Numbered from the stretch's first letter, positions 8,100-17,809 are shown. The stretch: DNA of 64,000 nt from Acidobacteriota bacterium (GCA_018001935.1 JAGNHB010000024.1:8511-72510), one strand, 5' to 3'. Numbers and translations are program-made. The notes: generated by a model not told the origin, from the sequence alone.

Positions 8100-11000
8100 T
8101 TAATCCCCGGCCCCGACCAGGACGAAGGCCGCCCAGTGGAAGGGGTGGGCGAAGTCCCCCTGCGCGGCCAGGTCCGCCTGGGCCCGCCGGAGCGCGTCGT
8201 CCCGGGGCACGCCGGCGAGGATTTCCCGGTAGAAGATCTGCATGAAGTGCGCGGTGGACGCGTCCGAGATCGGCCACAGGGAGACGACGACGCTTCGGGA
8301 GCCGGCATACAGGAAAGCCCGCGTGAGGCCCAGGATGCCTTCCCCGCCGCAGACCTTCCCCACCCCCGTCTCGCAGGCCGACAGCACGACGCAGTCGCTC
8401 TCGAGCCGGAGGTTCTGGATGATCTCCCAGGCCTGGAGCAAGCCATCGTTCGCGGTCCCTTCCGCGTCGGCCGGCTTCCCCGGCGAGGGGCTCAGGGCCA
8501 GGGCCGAGTTCATGGGGAAGTCCGGGTCCAGCAGGCCGTGGCAGGCGAAGTGCACGAACCGCGTCTCCCGGGGCAGGCCCAGGGCCTGCGCTTTCGTGGC
8601 GTCCGGCCCAAGGTGGACCCGGGCCCGGCCGCCGAACAGGCGGGCGACGTCCTCGATCTCCTGCCGCGTCCCGGGAAGGGGGCCCAACTGGAAACCCCGG
8701 GTCTTCAGGGCGGCCAGTTCACCCGGGGTGTCGCCGGGTTTTCCCGGGTCGGGATACACCGGGTCGCCGAGGCCGGCCCAGTTCAGCCCTTTGGACGGGG
8801 ACCCGCCACCGGCGCCGGACCGCAGGCCGGCGTAGACCGTCAGGGACGCCTGCACGGAGAGGGGGCGCTGGAGCCCCAGCGGCCGGGAGGGGTCCAGGCG
8901 GGCCTTGCCCCGGGCCGGGGTCTTCCCCGGGATCAGCGTGGAGAACGGCAGCAGGTGGAGCGGGCCGTCCGGCAGCAGCAGGATCCGCTCACACCCGGCG
9001 ATTTCACCGGCGACGGGCCCCAGCAGGAGGGAAAACAGCTCCCGGGACGCCGCCCGCCACTCCTCGGAGTCCGTATCCGGCTGGCTCACCGCCTCCCGGT
9101 AGATCATGACCCGGTTCCCCAGTTCCTTCCGCCCCAGCTTCAGCCGGACGCCCCGCAGTTCGTCGCCCGTTGCCTTCCCCCGGGGTTTCCGCAGCGTGAA
9201 GAGGTAGCTCTCCGTCTCCCCCACGGCGTAGGCGACCAGGAGGTCACCGGGCAGCAAGGCATCCCGCATGGCGTTGTAGTCCAGGGGCTTCGGGTACTGA
9301 AGGGCCGCCAGGCGCGGGGAGGCCTTGCGGATCTCCTCGGCCAGGGCGTCCTCCTTCTGCGGCAGCATCAGCAGTTCCGCCCGCCAGCCCTCGACCCGCT
9401 TCGGGTCCGTTTTCTCCCCGGCCTGGGCGAGCTTGTCGGACAGGTAACGCCGCCGGCCCGTCAACTCCCGCTGCCGCTCCAGGAGCGCCGCCGGGATCTC
9501 CCCCCCGAGGTCGACGTAGCGCGAGGAGACCATCTCCAGCAGGGTCCGCGCCCGCGAGCGCTCGAGGGTCTCCAGGGCGGTTTGCGGCCGCTGCGTGTCC
9601 AGGAGGGCCGCGATCAGGTCCGTGTAGAACTCCCCGGTGACGGCGGAAAAGGCGGTCTTCGCCGACTCGCCGCCCACCTGGGCGCGCTGGGCCTCCAGGA
9701 CCTCCACGGCCCGGGCCTGGAGTTCGGCCGACAGCGAGAGGGCCCCCGCGGCCTTCTCCGTCCGGGCCAGGTCCCGCAGGCTCTCGGCCAGGGCGCGGCT
9801 GCCCGGCGCCAGGCGCTCCTGGATGGCCACGGCCTTGCGGAGGTTCTCCCGCGCGGCGCCGAGGTCGCCCTGCTTCCGGAGCACGTTGCCCAGGCCGTCG
9901 AGGGTGAGGGCCTCGTCGAGGCTGTCCGGCGCGTGGCGTTGCTTGAGGGCCAGCGCCTTGAGGTAGAGTTCCCGGGCGGACGCCAGGTCCCCCTGCGCGG
10001 ACCCGATGGCCCCCAGCGAGTTCAGGCTCTCGGCCACGTCGAGGGTGTCCGGCACCAGGCGCTCCTTCACGGCCAGGGACTTGAGGTGGAAGTCCCGGGC
10101 GGACGCCAGGTCCCCGCGGTCAATGGCCAGGCTGCCCAGGTTGTTCAGGATGTAGGCCGCCTCGAGGCCGTTCGGTGCCAGGCGCTCCCGGATGGCCAGG
10201 GCCTTGAGGTAGTACTCCCGGGCCATCGCCAGGTCGCCCTGCTTCCGGGCGGTGTTGCCCAGGCTGTCGAGGCTTGCGGCCACGGCCATGCCGCCCGGCG
10301 CCACGCTCTCCTGGATAGCCAGGGCCCGGGCCTGGAGTTCGCTCGCGGAGGCGAGATCGCCCTGCTCTTTAACCACAAAGCTCAGGTCGAGGAGGCAGGA
10401 AGCCAACGTCAGGCTCTTCGGGGCCAGCCGCTCCTGGATGGCCAGCGCCCGGGTGCAGCACGCCTTCGCCGACTTCAGGTCGCCCTGCCTCCGGTACACG
10501 TGGCTCATGGCGGCGAGGCAGTGGGCCACGTCGAGGCTCTCGGGCGCCAGGCGTTCGCGGATGGCCAGGGACTTCCGATAGTATTCCTTCGCCAGGGGCA
10601 AGTCCCCCTGCTCCACCAGCAGGATGGCGAAGTTGGCCAGGGCCTGGGCCAGGTCGAGACTGTCCGGGAGCACGCGCTGCCGGATGCTCAGGGCCTTTTC
10701 GAAGCGCTCCCGGGCCAGGGCGAAGTCCCCCAGGAGCGTGTCCAGGATGGCCAGGTTTTGCAGGGCCTTGGCGGACAGGATGCTGTTCGGCGTCCGTTGC
10801 TCGTGGATGGCCAGCGCCCGGCTGAAGTACTCCTTCGCGGCGACCGGGTCGCCCATTTCGGCGGCCACGGCCCCCAGGTTGTTGAGATTCATGGCCAGGG
10901 CCGTGCTGTCGGGCGCGAGGCGTTCCTTGAGGGCCAGCGACTTGAGAAAGTACGCCTTCGCCGCGGCCAGGTCCCCCTGGGCATAGACCACCATGCCCAG

Positions 11001-11852
11001 GTCCTGGAAGCTGTTGGCCAGCAGGAGGCTGTCCGGGGCCAGGCGTCCCCGGTCGGCCAGGAGCTTCTCGGCCAGTTGCCGGGCCTCGGGGAGCCGGCCG
11101 CGGTCGTATTCGAACTGGAAGACCCACCCCATGAGGACGACCCGGAGGGGTTCGGACGCCTCGTCCGTCAACGCCTCCCCGGCCTGGGCGAAGGTCCGGG
11201 CGGCGCCCTCGAGGTCGCCGCCCATCATGAGCGCGCGGCCGAGGAAAATCGCGGAAACGCAGGCCCAGTAGCTCGTCCCGGGGGCTTCCCGCCCGCATCG
11301 CTCCAGGACTTCCTTCAACTCCTTCCAGCGGTGGGCGTAGAAGTGGGCCTTCCCCAGCTCGGTCCCCAGCCAGAAGGCCGCTTCCGGGAAGCCGGCCTGC
11401 CGGGCCTCCTCCGCCAGCGCCTCCCAGGCTTTCCGGCCCTCCTCACGGGTCTGGGCCTTCTTCAGCTCCCCGCGGGCGGCATAAAAGCGTCGCAGGCCCT
11501 CCTCGGAAAGGTCGGCCCGGAAATCGCACTCCCAGTCCCCCTGGGGCAGGAGGACCGTGAGCGTCTCCTCCCCGCGCTTCAGGCCGAACCGGGTGTCGCG
11601 CCCCTTCTCCCAGGCGAGGCGGTAGCCGAGGACCTCCTCCAGCCGGGTCGCCGCCACGCCGTTGATCGCGACCACCCGGTCGCCGGCCTTGACCCCCGCC
11701 CGGGCGGCCAGGCCGTCCGCCTTGACCGTGTCGATCACCGCGAGCGGGGACCGCACGAGCGGCTCCGGCGTTTCCCCGGCGACGCTCACCCCGGCCCCGG
11801 CCAGGAGAAGAACCCAAACCACCGTTCGACCGAAGCGATTGCCATTTTGCAT
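8100..11852 (-). CDS. secreted multidomain protein: signal peptide, PDZ domain, array of TPR repeats, C-terminal CHAT (caspase-like) protease domain
   Basis: 1250 aa. N-terminal hydrophobic signal (VVWVLLLAGAGVSVAGE). PDZ-like LAARAGVKAGDRVVAINGVA. More than 10 TPR/TPR_12-type repeats (...LNNLGAVAAEMGDPVAAKEYFSRALAI...). C-terminal CHAT with the His/Cys dyad context VHFACHG and VVLSACETG. Confidence 0.8.
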   Translation of the reverse strand: MQNGNRFGRTVVWVLLLAGAGVSVAGETPEPLVRSPLAVIDTVKADGLAARAGVKAGDRVVAINGVAATRLEEVLGYRLAWEKGRDTRFGLKRGEETLTVLLPQGDWECDFRADLSEEGLRRFYAARGELKKAQTREEGRKAWEALAEEARQAGFPEAAFWLGTELGKAHFYAHRWKELKEVLERCGREAPGTSYWACVSAIFLGRALMMGGDLEGAARTFAQAGEALTDEASEPLRVVLMGWVFQFEYDRGRLPEARQLAEKLLADRGRLAPDSLLLANSFQDLGMVVYAQGDLAAAKAYFLKSLALKERLAPDSTALAMNLNNLGAVAAEMGDPVAAKEYFSRALAIHEQRTPNSILSAKALQNLAILDTLLGDFALARERFEKALSIRQRVLPDSLDLAQALANFAILLVEQGDLPLAKEYYRKSLAIRERLAPESLDVAHCLAAMSHVYRRQGDLKSAKACCTRALAIQERLAPKSLTLASCLLDLSFVVKEQGDLASASELQARALAIQESVAPGGMAVAASLDSLGNTARKQGDLAMAREYYLKALAIRERLAPNGLEAAYILNNLGSLAIDRGDLASARDFHLKSLAVKERLVPDTLDVAESLNSLGAIGSAQGDLASARELYLKALALKQRHAPDSLDEALTLDGLGNVLRKQGDLGAARENLRKAVAIQERLAPGSRALAESLRDLARTEKAAGALSLSAELQARAVEVLEAQRAQVGGESAKTAFSAVTGEFYTDLIAALLDTQRPQTALETLERSRARTLLEMVSSRYVDLGGEIPAALLERQRELTGRRRYLSDKLAQAGEKTDPKRVEGWRAELLMLPQKEDALAEEIRKASPRLAALQYPKPLDYNAMRDALLPGDLLVAYAVGETESYLFTLRKPRGKATGDELRGVRLKLGRKELGNRVMIYREAVSQPDTDSEEWRAASRELFSLLLGPVAGEIAGCERILLLPDGPLHLLPFSTLIPGKTPARGKARLDPSRPLGLQRPLSVQASLTVYAGLRSGAGGGSPSKGLNWAGLGDPVYPDPGKPGDTPGELAALKTRGFQLGPLPGTRQEIEDVARLFGGRARVHLGPDATKAQALGLPRETRFVHFACHGLLDPDFPMNSALALSPSPGKPADAEGTANDGLLQAWEIIQNLRLESDCVVLSACETGVGKVCGGEGILGLTRAFLYAGSRSVVVSLWPISDASTAHFMQIFYREILAGVPRDDALRRAQADLAAQGDFAHPFHWAAFVLVGAGD

Positions 11853-12137
11853 GATTCGCCCCCATCCGTGCTTCCGGGACCGGGGTCCCGCCCGTGGCCC
11901 GCCGGCAGCCGCACAGCGCGTTCCCCGGCATGCTCCCGGTTCCCCGGCCGCGCGAGCCAGTGCTTACCTTACACCATCGGGAAGTCCGCTGCAACCGCAT
12001 GCGTCACAGGGTGTTTGACTCTCTTCCTCGACGTCCTGGCAATCCTTCTTCGGAATCGGAACCTCGGCGTCGATGTCCCCGGGGCCGGGGATCGCCACCC
12101 TGCGCGGCCTCACCCCGCCACCGGGTCGGCGCGCAGG

Positions 12138-12461
12138 CTAACCTCCTCCGGTGGGCCCTCCAAACCCGACCTTCCGCGCTGCCTCGTGACCGAGTCGCTC
12201 CCGATGGAAAAGGTGCTGCATTTCCAGGGACAGAATCGCCCCCTTCCCCTCGAAGACCCCGGCCAGGCAGCCGTCCTTCTCGTCCGAGGACAACCGGCCG
12301 ATCCACGCCCGGACCGCTTCCGGGTCCGGTTCGACGTTCGTCCGGGGCGGCTTGGTGTCGAGGAAAGCCCGGGTCAAAGGCCCGACGGGCGCGAAAGCCT
12401 TTGACTTCCCTCGCGGTCCGGGGGTATGCTCCTCCTGAATTTTCCCTCCGGAGCCTCGCAT
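12138..12461 (-). CDS. questionable small ORF (about 107 aa) upstream of, and co-oriented with, the CHAT gene
   Basis: In-frame ATG (MRGSGGKIQEE...) shares a CATG with the divergent NTase gene start. GC3 is only moderate and the protein is low complexity with no motif. It may instead be non-coding divergent promoter DNA. Confidence 0.2.
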   Translation of the reverse strand: MRGSGGKIQEEHTPGPRGKSKAFAPVGPLTRAFLDTKPPRTNVEPDPEAVRAWIGRLSSDEKDGCLAGVFEGKGAILSLEMQHLFHRERLGHEAARKVGFGGPTGGG

Positions 12462-13035
12462 GGAAGATCGGATTCTGAAGATCAAGCAGACGGCTTCCCC
12501 GCTTCGGCGGCAGCTCCTGGTGGTGGCCCTGATCACCCGTGAACTCCGGGAGCGGGGTGAGGCGCCGCCCGTGCTGATCGGGGGGTGTGCCCTCGCCTAT
12601 TACACCCGCGAGGTTTACTTCACGGCCGACATCGATCTGGCCTACCCCTGTTCCACCGCGTTCGACGAGGTGCTGGACGACCTGGGCTTCCGCCGGGAAG
12701 GCCGTTACTGGGTCCAGGAGGAGTGGAACGTCGCCGTGGAGTGCCCCGCGGCCGACATGGCCGGGGAGGACGCCCCGCGGGAGGAAGTCGACCTCGGGGA
12801 GGGGTTGAGCCTCTGCGTCATCGGCCTGGAGGACCTCCTGATCGACCGGCTGAACGCCTGGGTGCACTGGAAATCGGCCGTGGACCGGGAGATGTTGCTG
12901 GTTCTGCTCCGGCGGTACGGGAAGGAACTGGACTGGGAGTACCTTCGGGTAAAGGCCGGGCGGCCGGAGAACGACGTCCGGGACGAACTGGCCCGCCTGG
13001 AGGCCGCCGCGGAGGCCGCCGATGAGAATCCGTAA
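12460..13035 (+). CDS. nucleotidyltransferase-fold protein (Pol-beta-like NTase; ANT(2'')/Lnu/AbiEii-like arrangement)
   Basis: MEDRILKIKQ...VLIGGCALAYYTREVYFTADIDLAY carries the hG[GS]...[DE]h[DE]h NTase signature (GG ... DID). The ~120-aa C-terminal extension resembles the helical domain of small-molecule or antibiotic NTases. Confidence 0.55.
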   Translation: MEDRILKIKQTASPLRRQLLVVALITRELRERGEAPPVLIGGCALAYYTREVYFTADIDLAYPCSTAFDEVLDDLGFRREGRYWVQEEWNVAVECPAADMAGEDAPREEVDLGEGLSLCVIGLEDLLIDRLNAWVHWKSAVDREMLLVLLRRYGKELDWEYLRVKAGRPENDVRDELARLEAAAEAADENP

Positions 13036-13237
13036 ACGCACCTTCGAAGAAACGTCCCCGGTAGCGGACCTTCTTCTCCGCCAGGCGATGGGCCTGGGCC
13101 GCTACCGGCACGTCCGCCCCCGGGACCCGGACAAGGAACGCATCCTGGTGAACCTGGCGCTCCGGATCATCGCCGAGCGGGAGAAGGACGACTTCATCCC
13201 CCTCGGGCCCCGCCGCCGCCGCGTGCGGATCGACTGA
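13022..13237 (+). CDS. small hypothetical protein (71 aa) overlapping the 3' end of the NTase gene by 14 nt
   Basis: ATG start and fairly high GC3. The 14-nt overlap with the NTase gene resembles a two-gene module such as a toxin-antitoxin operon. No HEPN Rx4-6H motif is evident. Confidence 0.3.
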   Translation: MRIRKRTFEETSPVADLLLRQAMGLGRYRHVRPRDPDKERILVNLALRIIAEREKDDFIPLGPRRRRVRID

Positions 13238-13336
13238 CGACCCCACGACGGGGCGGGCCCTGGCGAAGCCACCGGGGTGTCTTCGCGACGGTTCGCGGGG
13301 CCTGGCGCTTTTTCGGCGGAGGCGAAAACCCCGAAC

Positions 13337-13885
13337 TCACGTCCCCATCGGCCGGCGCATCCGGAGGAAGAGGACGGGGAGGTTCTCCTTCAGGCGGTTG
13401 AAGCGGCGGTCGAGGCGGTGGAGTTCCTTCCGGAGGTCCTCGTATCCCTTCAGGGTCCCCTCGCGGTTTTCAAAAAGCTCCAGGGCCTCCCGGAAGAGGC
13501 GGCTGGTGGACCGGGCCCCGAGGCGCCCGAGCAGGCCGATCCCTTCCCGGATGACGCCAAGACCCTGGTTCTCGTAAAGCTGGAGAAAACCGCCGTTGGC
13601 GACGTCCCCCTCGAGGCGGTTGAGGAGGGTGGCCTCCCGGTCGGTTCCGGCTTCGGCCAAGGCGATGAACGCCTCCACGTCGGGGTCCGGGGGCCGGAAC
13701 ATCTCTTCGGCGGTTTGCACGGATACGCCGAGGGCACAGGTGACGGAAAGCCTGCGGCCGGTCGTTTCCTCCCGCCAACCGAAGAGGGCGTCGGGGTCGC
13801 GGCGAAAGTCGTGGCCGGCGGCGTTGATCTCGAGGATGCAGGCTTCCGCGGCCCGTTCGGCGGCCTCCCGGACCCGGGAGCACAT
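13337..13885 (-). CDS. DUF4375 / DMP19-like (DNA-mimic protein family) protein
   Basis: Start moved to the in-frame MCSRVREA... (the rest of ORF 13337..14446 is repeat-derived junk). The conserved DUF4375 motif VANGGFLQLYENQGLG is present. Confidence 0.55.
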   Translation of the reverse strand: MCSRVREAAERAAEACILEINAAGHDFRRDPDALFGWREETTGRRLSVTCALGVSVQTAEEMFRPPDPDVEAFIALAEAGTDREATLLNRLEGDVANGGFLQLYENQGLGVIREGIGLLGRLGARSTSRLFREALELFENREGTLKGYEDLRKELHRLDRRFNRLKENLPVLFLRMRRPMGT

Positions 13886-13926
13886 CAGGTGCTCGATGGC
13901 GGGTTTTTCCACGAGGTGTTCTCCGT

Positions 13927-14090
13927 CGTACGCGCCTTCTGCCGGAAGGCGCCCCTTTCGTTGGGTTCTCCGTGCGCCGCCCGGCAGGCGGTGCGTACTG
14001 TACGCGCCTTCTGCCGGAAGGCGCGCTTTTCGTCGGGCTTCCCGTGCGCCGCCCGGCAGGCGGCGCGTACAAGGCAGGCGGCGCGTACTT
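13927..14090. repeat. family F1: ~72-75-nt palindromic repeat unit (GTACGCGCCTTCTGCCGGAAGGCGC...GCGCCGCCCGGCAGGCGGCGCGTAC), about 2.5 copies
   Basis: Seen directly. The unit holds two hairpins: an 8-bp stem GCGCCTTC/GAAGGCGC and a 7-bp stem CGCCGCC/GGCGGCG. Located between the DUF4375 gene and lpdA. Confidence 0.8.
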
Positions 14091-14091
14091 T

Positions 14092-15435
14092 TTATTCCCG
14101 CACGGCGCGGTCGAGGGCGGCGAAGCCCACGTCCATGAAGACCTCCGAGACCGTGGGATGCGCGTGGACGATGCGCACCATGTCGTAGAGGGTCCCCTCC
14201 ATGGCCAGGATGGCCGCCGCCTCGGAGATCAGGTCCGTGGCGTGGGGGGCGACGATCTGGACCCCCAGGACCTCCCCGTAGAGCCGGCTCGACAGGAGCC
14301 GGATCACCCCCTCGGCGTTGCCCTCGGCCAAGGCCTTGGCGTTGGCGGTCAGCGGGAACTCGTCCACCCGGTAGTCGACGCCGGCCAGCTGGAGCCTCGG
14401 CTCGTCCTGCCCCACCTGGGCCATCTCGGGGGAGGTGTAGACGCACAGGGGCACCTGGTTCTCCTTCGCGTCCTCACGGACCCCGGCGATCCGGCCCACG
14501 GCGTGCAGACCCTGGGCCGAGGCGGCGTGGGCCAGCATCCGCCGGCCGTTCACGTCGCCCACGGCGTAGACCGTGGGCTGGCTGGTGCGGTAGGCGTCGT
14601 CGGTGACGAGGAAACCGTCCCGGGTGTCCAGGGGGAATTCGCAGGGCGGCAGGACGGCCTTCCGGAAGTGGGCGTTGACCAGCCGGTCCGCCGGCACCAC
14701 CGTGCCGCTGACCCGTAGCCCCCCCTCCGCGACGCCTTCCACCCGGGCCTCGTTGACGACCCGGATGCCGTGCTGTTCCAGCAGGCGGGCGGCATATTGC
14801 GCGAAGAAGGGGTCGAAGAAGGGCAGGGCGGTAGGCCCCGGGACGAGCAGGGTGACATCCTTGCCCACCATCCGGAGGATCTGGGCGATCTCCAGGGCGT
14901 TGGGGCCTTCCCCCGCGACCGCCAGCCGGGTGGGGAGCGCCTCCAGTCGCCAGAGGGCGTCGATCTCGAGGACCATCTCCTCGGGCACGGGGAGCGGTCG
15001 GCGCTCGGGGCGGGAGCCGGTGGCCACCACCAGGGTCCCGGCGGTGACGATCCGGTTGTCCACTCGGACGGACTGCGGCGTCACGAGGGCCGCCTCGCCG
15101 CGGAGGACGTCCACCTTGTGTTTGTCCAGGGTTGCCCGGACGCCGGAGGACAGGCGCTGACCGATGTTGGCGGCGCGGGCGGCGGCGGCCGACCAGTCGA
15201 AGACGCAGGCCTCGGGCCGCACGCCGCGGATGCCGAAGCGCTCCGCCACCCGCAGTCGGACGAAGTAGCGGGCGCTCTCCATCATGGCCTTGACGGCGAC
15301 GCACCCCCAGTGCATGCACATCCCCCCGATCTCGCCTTTCTCCACCAGGGCGGCCCGCATCCCGAGCTGCCCGGCCCGGACGGCGGCGATGTACCCGGCG
15401 GGGCCCGATCCGATGATGATGATGTCGTAATCCAT
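14092..15435 (-). CDS. lpdA: dihydrolipoyl dehydrogenase (E3 component; pyridine nucleotide-disulfide oxidoreductase)
   Basis: MDYDIIIIGSGPAGYIAAVRAGQLG (FAD Rossmann fold), redox-disulfide region GGMCMHWGCVAVK, C-terminal dimerisation motif HAHPTVSE. It follows the E1/E2 genes on the same strand. Confidence 0.8.
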   Translation of the reverse strand: MDYDIIIIGSGPAGYIAAVRAGQLGMRAALVEKGEIGGMCMHWGCVAVKAMMESARYFVRLRVAERFGIRGVRPEACVFDWSAAAARAANIGQRLSSGVRATLDKHKVDVLRGEAALVTPQSVRVDNRIVTAGTLVVATGSRPERRPLPVPEEMVLEIDALWRLEALPTRLAVAGEGPNALEIAQILRMVGKDVTLLVPGPTALPFFDPFFAQYAARLLEQHGIRVVNEARVEGVAEGGLRVSGTVVPADRLVNAHFRKAVLPPCEFPLDTRDGFLVTDDAYRTSQPTVYAVGDVNGRRMLAHAASAQGLHAVGRIAGVREDAKENQVPLCVYTSPEMAQVGQDEPRLQLAGVDYRVDEFPLTANAKALAEGNAEGVIRLLSSRLYGEVLGVQIVAPHATDLISEAAAILAMEGTLYDMVRIVHAHPTVSEVFMDVGFAALDRAVRE

Positions 15436-15445
15436 GGTTCCTCCG

Positions 15446-15530
15446 TAGGCGCCTTCTGCCGGAAGGCGCTGGTTCGACTCGTTCCCCCCGTGCGCCGTGC
15501 GCCGCCCGGCAGGCAGCGCGTACGGTTACG
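15446..15530. repeat. family F1 palindromic repeat, single copy, between lpdA and the E2 gene
   Basis: The same GCGCCTTCTGCCGGAAGGCGC...GCGCCGCCCGGCAGGCAGCGCGTAC unit. Confidence 0.8.
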
Positions 15531-16824
15531 CCAGCAGCAGCCGGACCGGCTCGCGCAGGGTCGCCATCACGTCCACCAGGAAGCGGACCGCCTCCCCGCC
15601 GTCGATGAGCCGGTGGTCCACCGAGAGGGAGAGGGGCAGCACCCAGCCAGGGACGACCGCCCCGCCGCGGACCCGCGCCTTTTGTTCCAGCCGCCCCACG
15701 CCCAGGATGGCCGCCTGGGGGTAGTTGATGACGGGCACGCCGAGCCATCCCCCCAACGCCCCGAAGTTGGTGACGGTGAAGGTCCCGTCCCGGAAGTCGT
15801 CGAGGGTGAGCTTGCGCTGCCGGGCCTTCTCCCCGACCTCGGCCACCCGGAGTGCCAGCTCCGTGATCGACAGCCTGTCGGTGTCGCGGATCACGGGCAC
15901 CACCAGTCCCTCCTCGGCATCCACGGCGACCCCCAGATTGTAGTACTTCTTGTACACCACCCGGCCGCCCTCCAGGTCCAGTTCCGCGTTGAAGGACCGG
16001 TGCCGTTTGAGGGCCTCCGTCACCGCCCTGAGGATGAAGGCCATGTATGTCAGTTTCACGCCCCGCGAGAGCGCCTCGGCCTTCAAGCGCTCCCGCAGCG
16101 CCACCAGCTCGTCCACCTCCACCTCGTCCAGGAGGGTCATGTGGGCGGCGTTGTGCTTGGAGAGGCTCATGTTGCGGGCGATGGCCTTACGGATCTGGGA
16201 CAGCGGTTCCGCCTCCACGCGCGGCGCCTCAGGCGCGGCGGCCGCCGCGGGGGCGGGGCGCCTGGAGGCCCCGAGGTCGCGGTGGTGGGCCTGGACGTCC
16301 TCCTTGAGGACCCGCCCGCCGGGGCCCGTCCCGGCAACCCGGCCGAGGTCCACCCCGAGTTCCCGGGCCATGGCGCGGGCGGTGGGGGTGGCCGTGACCT
16401 TGCGGGCGGGCCGCGCGGGCGCTTCCTCCGGTTCCGGGGCCCCGACGCCCTCGTCGGAGACCGGCAGGTAGGCGTTGTCGCCGGCCACCTCAATGGTCCC
16501 CACCACGCCGTAGCCGGGCTCCGCCACCGTGGTGCGCGGGGGCGGTGGCTCGTGGGCGACGGCCTGGGCCTCCTCGCCCTCCACGCCCGGGAGGTCGATC
16601 TCCACCAGGGGGTCCTCCACGTGGATGATCTCGCCCACCTTCCCGAACCGGGCCGAGATCACCCCCGTCTTCGGCGAGGGGATGTCGGCCACCACCTTGT
16701 CCGTCTCCATCTGGACCACGGGGTCGCCGGACTGGATGGACTGCCCCTTCTCCACGTACCACTGGAGGATCTTCCCCTCGTGGATCCCCTCGCCGATGTC
16801 CGGGAACTTGAAGATGTATCGCAT
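15526..16824 (-). CDS. 2-oxoacid dehydrogenase E2 component (dihydrolipoamide acyltransferase)
   Basis: N-terminal lipoyl domain (FKFPDIGEGIHEGKILQWYV...METDKVVADIPSP), subunit-binding domain, and catalytic SVDHRLIDGGEAVRFL. Confidence 0.85.
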   Translation of the reverse strand: MRYIFKFPDIGEGIHEGKILQWYVEKGQSIQSGDPVVQMETDKVVADIPSPKTGVISARFGKVGEIIHVEDPLVEIDLPGVEGEEAQAVAHEPPPPRTTVAEPGYGVVGTIEVAGDNAYLPVSDEGVGAPEPEEAPARPARKVTATPTARAMARELGVDLGRVAGTGPGGRVLKEDVQAHHRDLGASRRPAPAAAAAPEAPRVEAEPLSQIRKAIARNMSLSKHNAAHMTLLDEVEVDELVALRERLKAEALSRGVKLTYMAFILRAVTEALKRHRSFNAELDLEGGRVVYKKYYNLGVAVDAEEGLVVPVIRDTDRLSITELALRVAEVGEKARQRKLTLDDFRDGTFTVTNFGALGGWLGVPVINYPQAAILGVGRLEQKARVRGGAVVPGWVLPLSLSVDHRLIDGGEAVRFLVDVMATLREPVRLLLA

Positions 16825-16825
16825 G

Positions 16826-17809
16826 TCAGCTCTCCATGACCTTTTTCATTTCGTAGAAGATCCGGTCGGGACCGTGAAAGTAGAAGTGCTCGCCCCGCGC
16901 GTAGGGCGGCGCCGTGTCGAAGCCCGCGAGCCTCGCCGGGGGGGCTTCCAGGTGGTAGAAGGCCTCCTCGCAGGCCAGGGCGGACAGCTCGGCGCCCACC
17001 CCGCAGGTCACGGGGCCCTCGGTCACCGACAGGAGCCGGCCCGTCTTGCGGACGGAGGCCGCCACGGTCTCCCGGTCCAGGGGGAAGACGGTGCGCAGGT
17101 CCACGAGTTCCGCGGAGATCCCGGCCTCCTTCGCCAGCGCCAGGGCCCGCTGGCACTCCCGGACGTTGGCGCCGTAGGTCACCACGGTGAGGTCCTTCCC
17201 CTCGGACAGGACCTTGGCCTTGCCGATGGGGAGGGTGTAGCGCCCCTCGGGGACCTCCTGCTTGACGGCCCGGTAGATGCGCTTGGGCTCCAGGAAGATG
17301 ACGGGGTCGTCGTCCTCGATGGCGGCGATGAGCAACCCCTTGGCGTCGTAAGGCGTCGAGGGGACGACCACCTTCAGGCCGGGCGTGTGGGCGAAGTAGG
17401 CCTCGTTGCTCTCCGAGTGCTGCTCCAGGGCCCGGATGGCGCCGCCGTAGGGATAGCGGATGACCAGGCGCATGGGGTAGCGCCCCCGGGTGCGGTTGCG
17501 CATGCGGGCCACGTGGCAGACGATCTGGTTGAAGGCGGGGTAGACGAAGCCGCAGAACTGGATTTCCACCACGGGGCGAAGGCCGGCGGCCGCCATGCCC
17601 ACGGCGGTGCCCACGATGCCCGACTCCGCCAGGGGGCTGTCGAAGACGCGGGCCTCGCCGTACTTGAGCTGGAGGCCCTCGGTGGCCCGGAACACGCCGC
17701 CTTCCTTGCCGGCGTCCTCGCCGTAGATCACCACGGACGGGTCCTCCGCCAGTTTCACGTCCAGGGCCGAGGTCACGGCCTGGACCAGGGTCATCACTTT
17801 CACGCTCAT
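16826..17809 (-). CDS. 2-oxoacid dehydrogenase E1 component beta subunit (transketolase-like)
   Basis: Start at MSVKVMTLVQAVTSALDVKLAEDPSVVIYGEDAGKEGGVFRATEGLQLKYGEARVFDSPLAESGIVG. The upstream part of the ORF-track ORF is spurious. Confidence 0.85.
   Translation of the reverse strand: MSVKVMTLVQAVTSALDVKLAEDPSVVIYGEDAGKEGGVFRATEGLQLKYGEARVFDSPLAESGIVGTAVGMAAAGLRPVVEIQFCGFVYPAFNQIVCHVARMRNRTRGRYPMRLVIRYPYGGAIRALEQHSESNEAYFAHTPGLKVVVPSTPYDAKGLLIAAIEDDDPVIFLEPKRIYRAVKQEVPEGRYTLPIGKAKVLSEGKDLTVVTYGANVRECQRALALAKEAGISAELVDLRTVFPLDRETVAASVRKTGRLLSVTEGPVTCGVGAELSALACEEAFYHLEAPPARLAGFDTAPPYARGEHFYFHGPDRIFYEMKKVMES

Noticed and set aside
7800-12404. 1534-aa plus-strand ORF (the longest in the track)
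   Set aside because: It is the antisense strand of the PDZ-TPR-CHAT gene. Its composition is extremely Arg/Gly/Pro/Leu-rich with no motifs, typical of open antisense frames in ~70% GC DNA. The sense-strand protein has clear domain structure.
13337-14446. Full 369-aa minus-strand ORF as one gene
   Set aside because: The N-terminal 187 residues are a translation of the F1 palindromic repeats plus Arg/Gly-rich junk running into lpdA. Only the C-terminal 182 aa (DUF4375 motif NGGFLQLYENQG) look genuine, so the start was moved to 13885.
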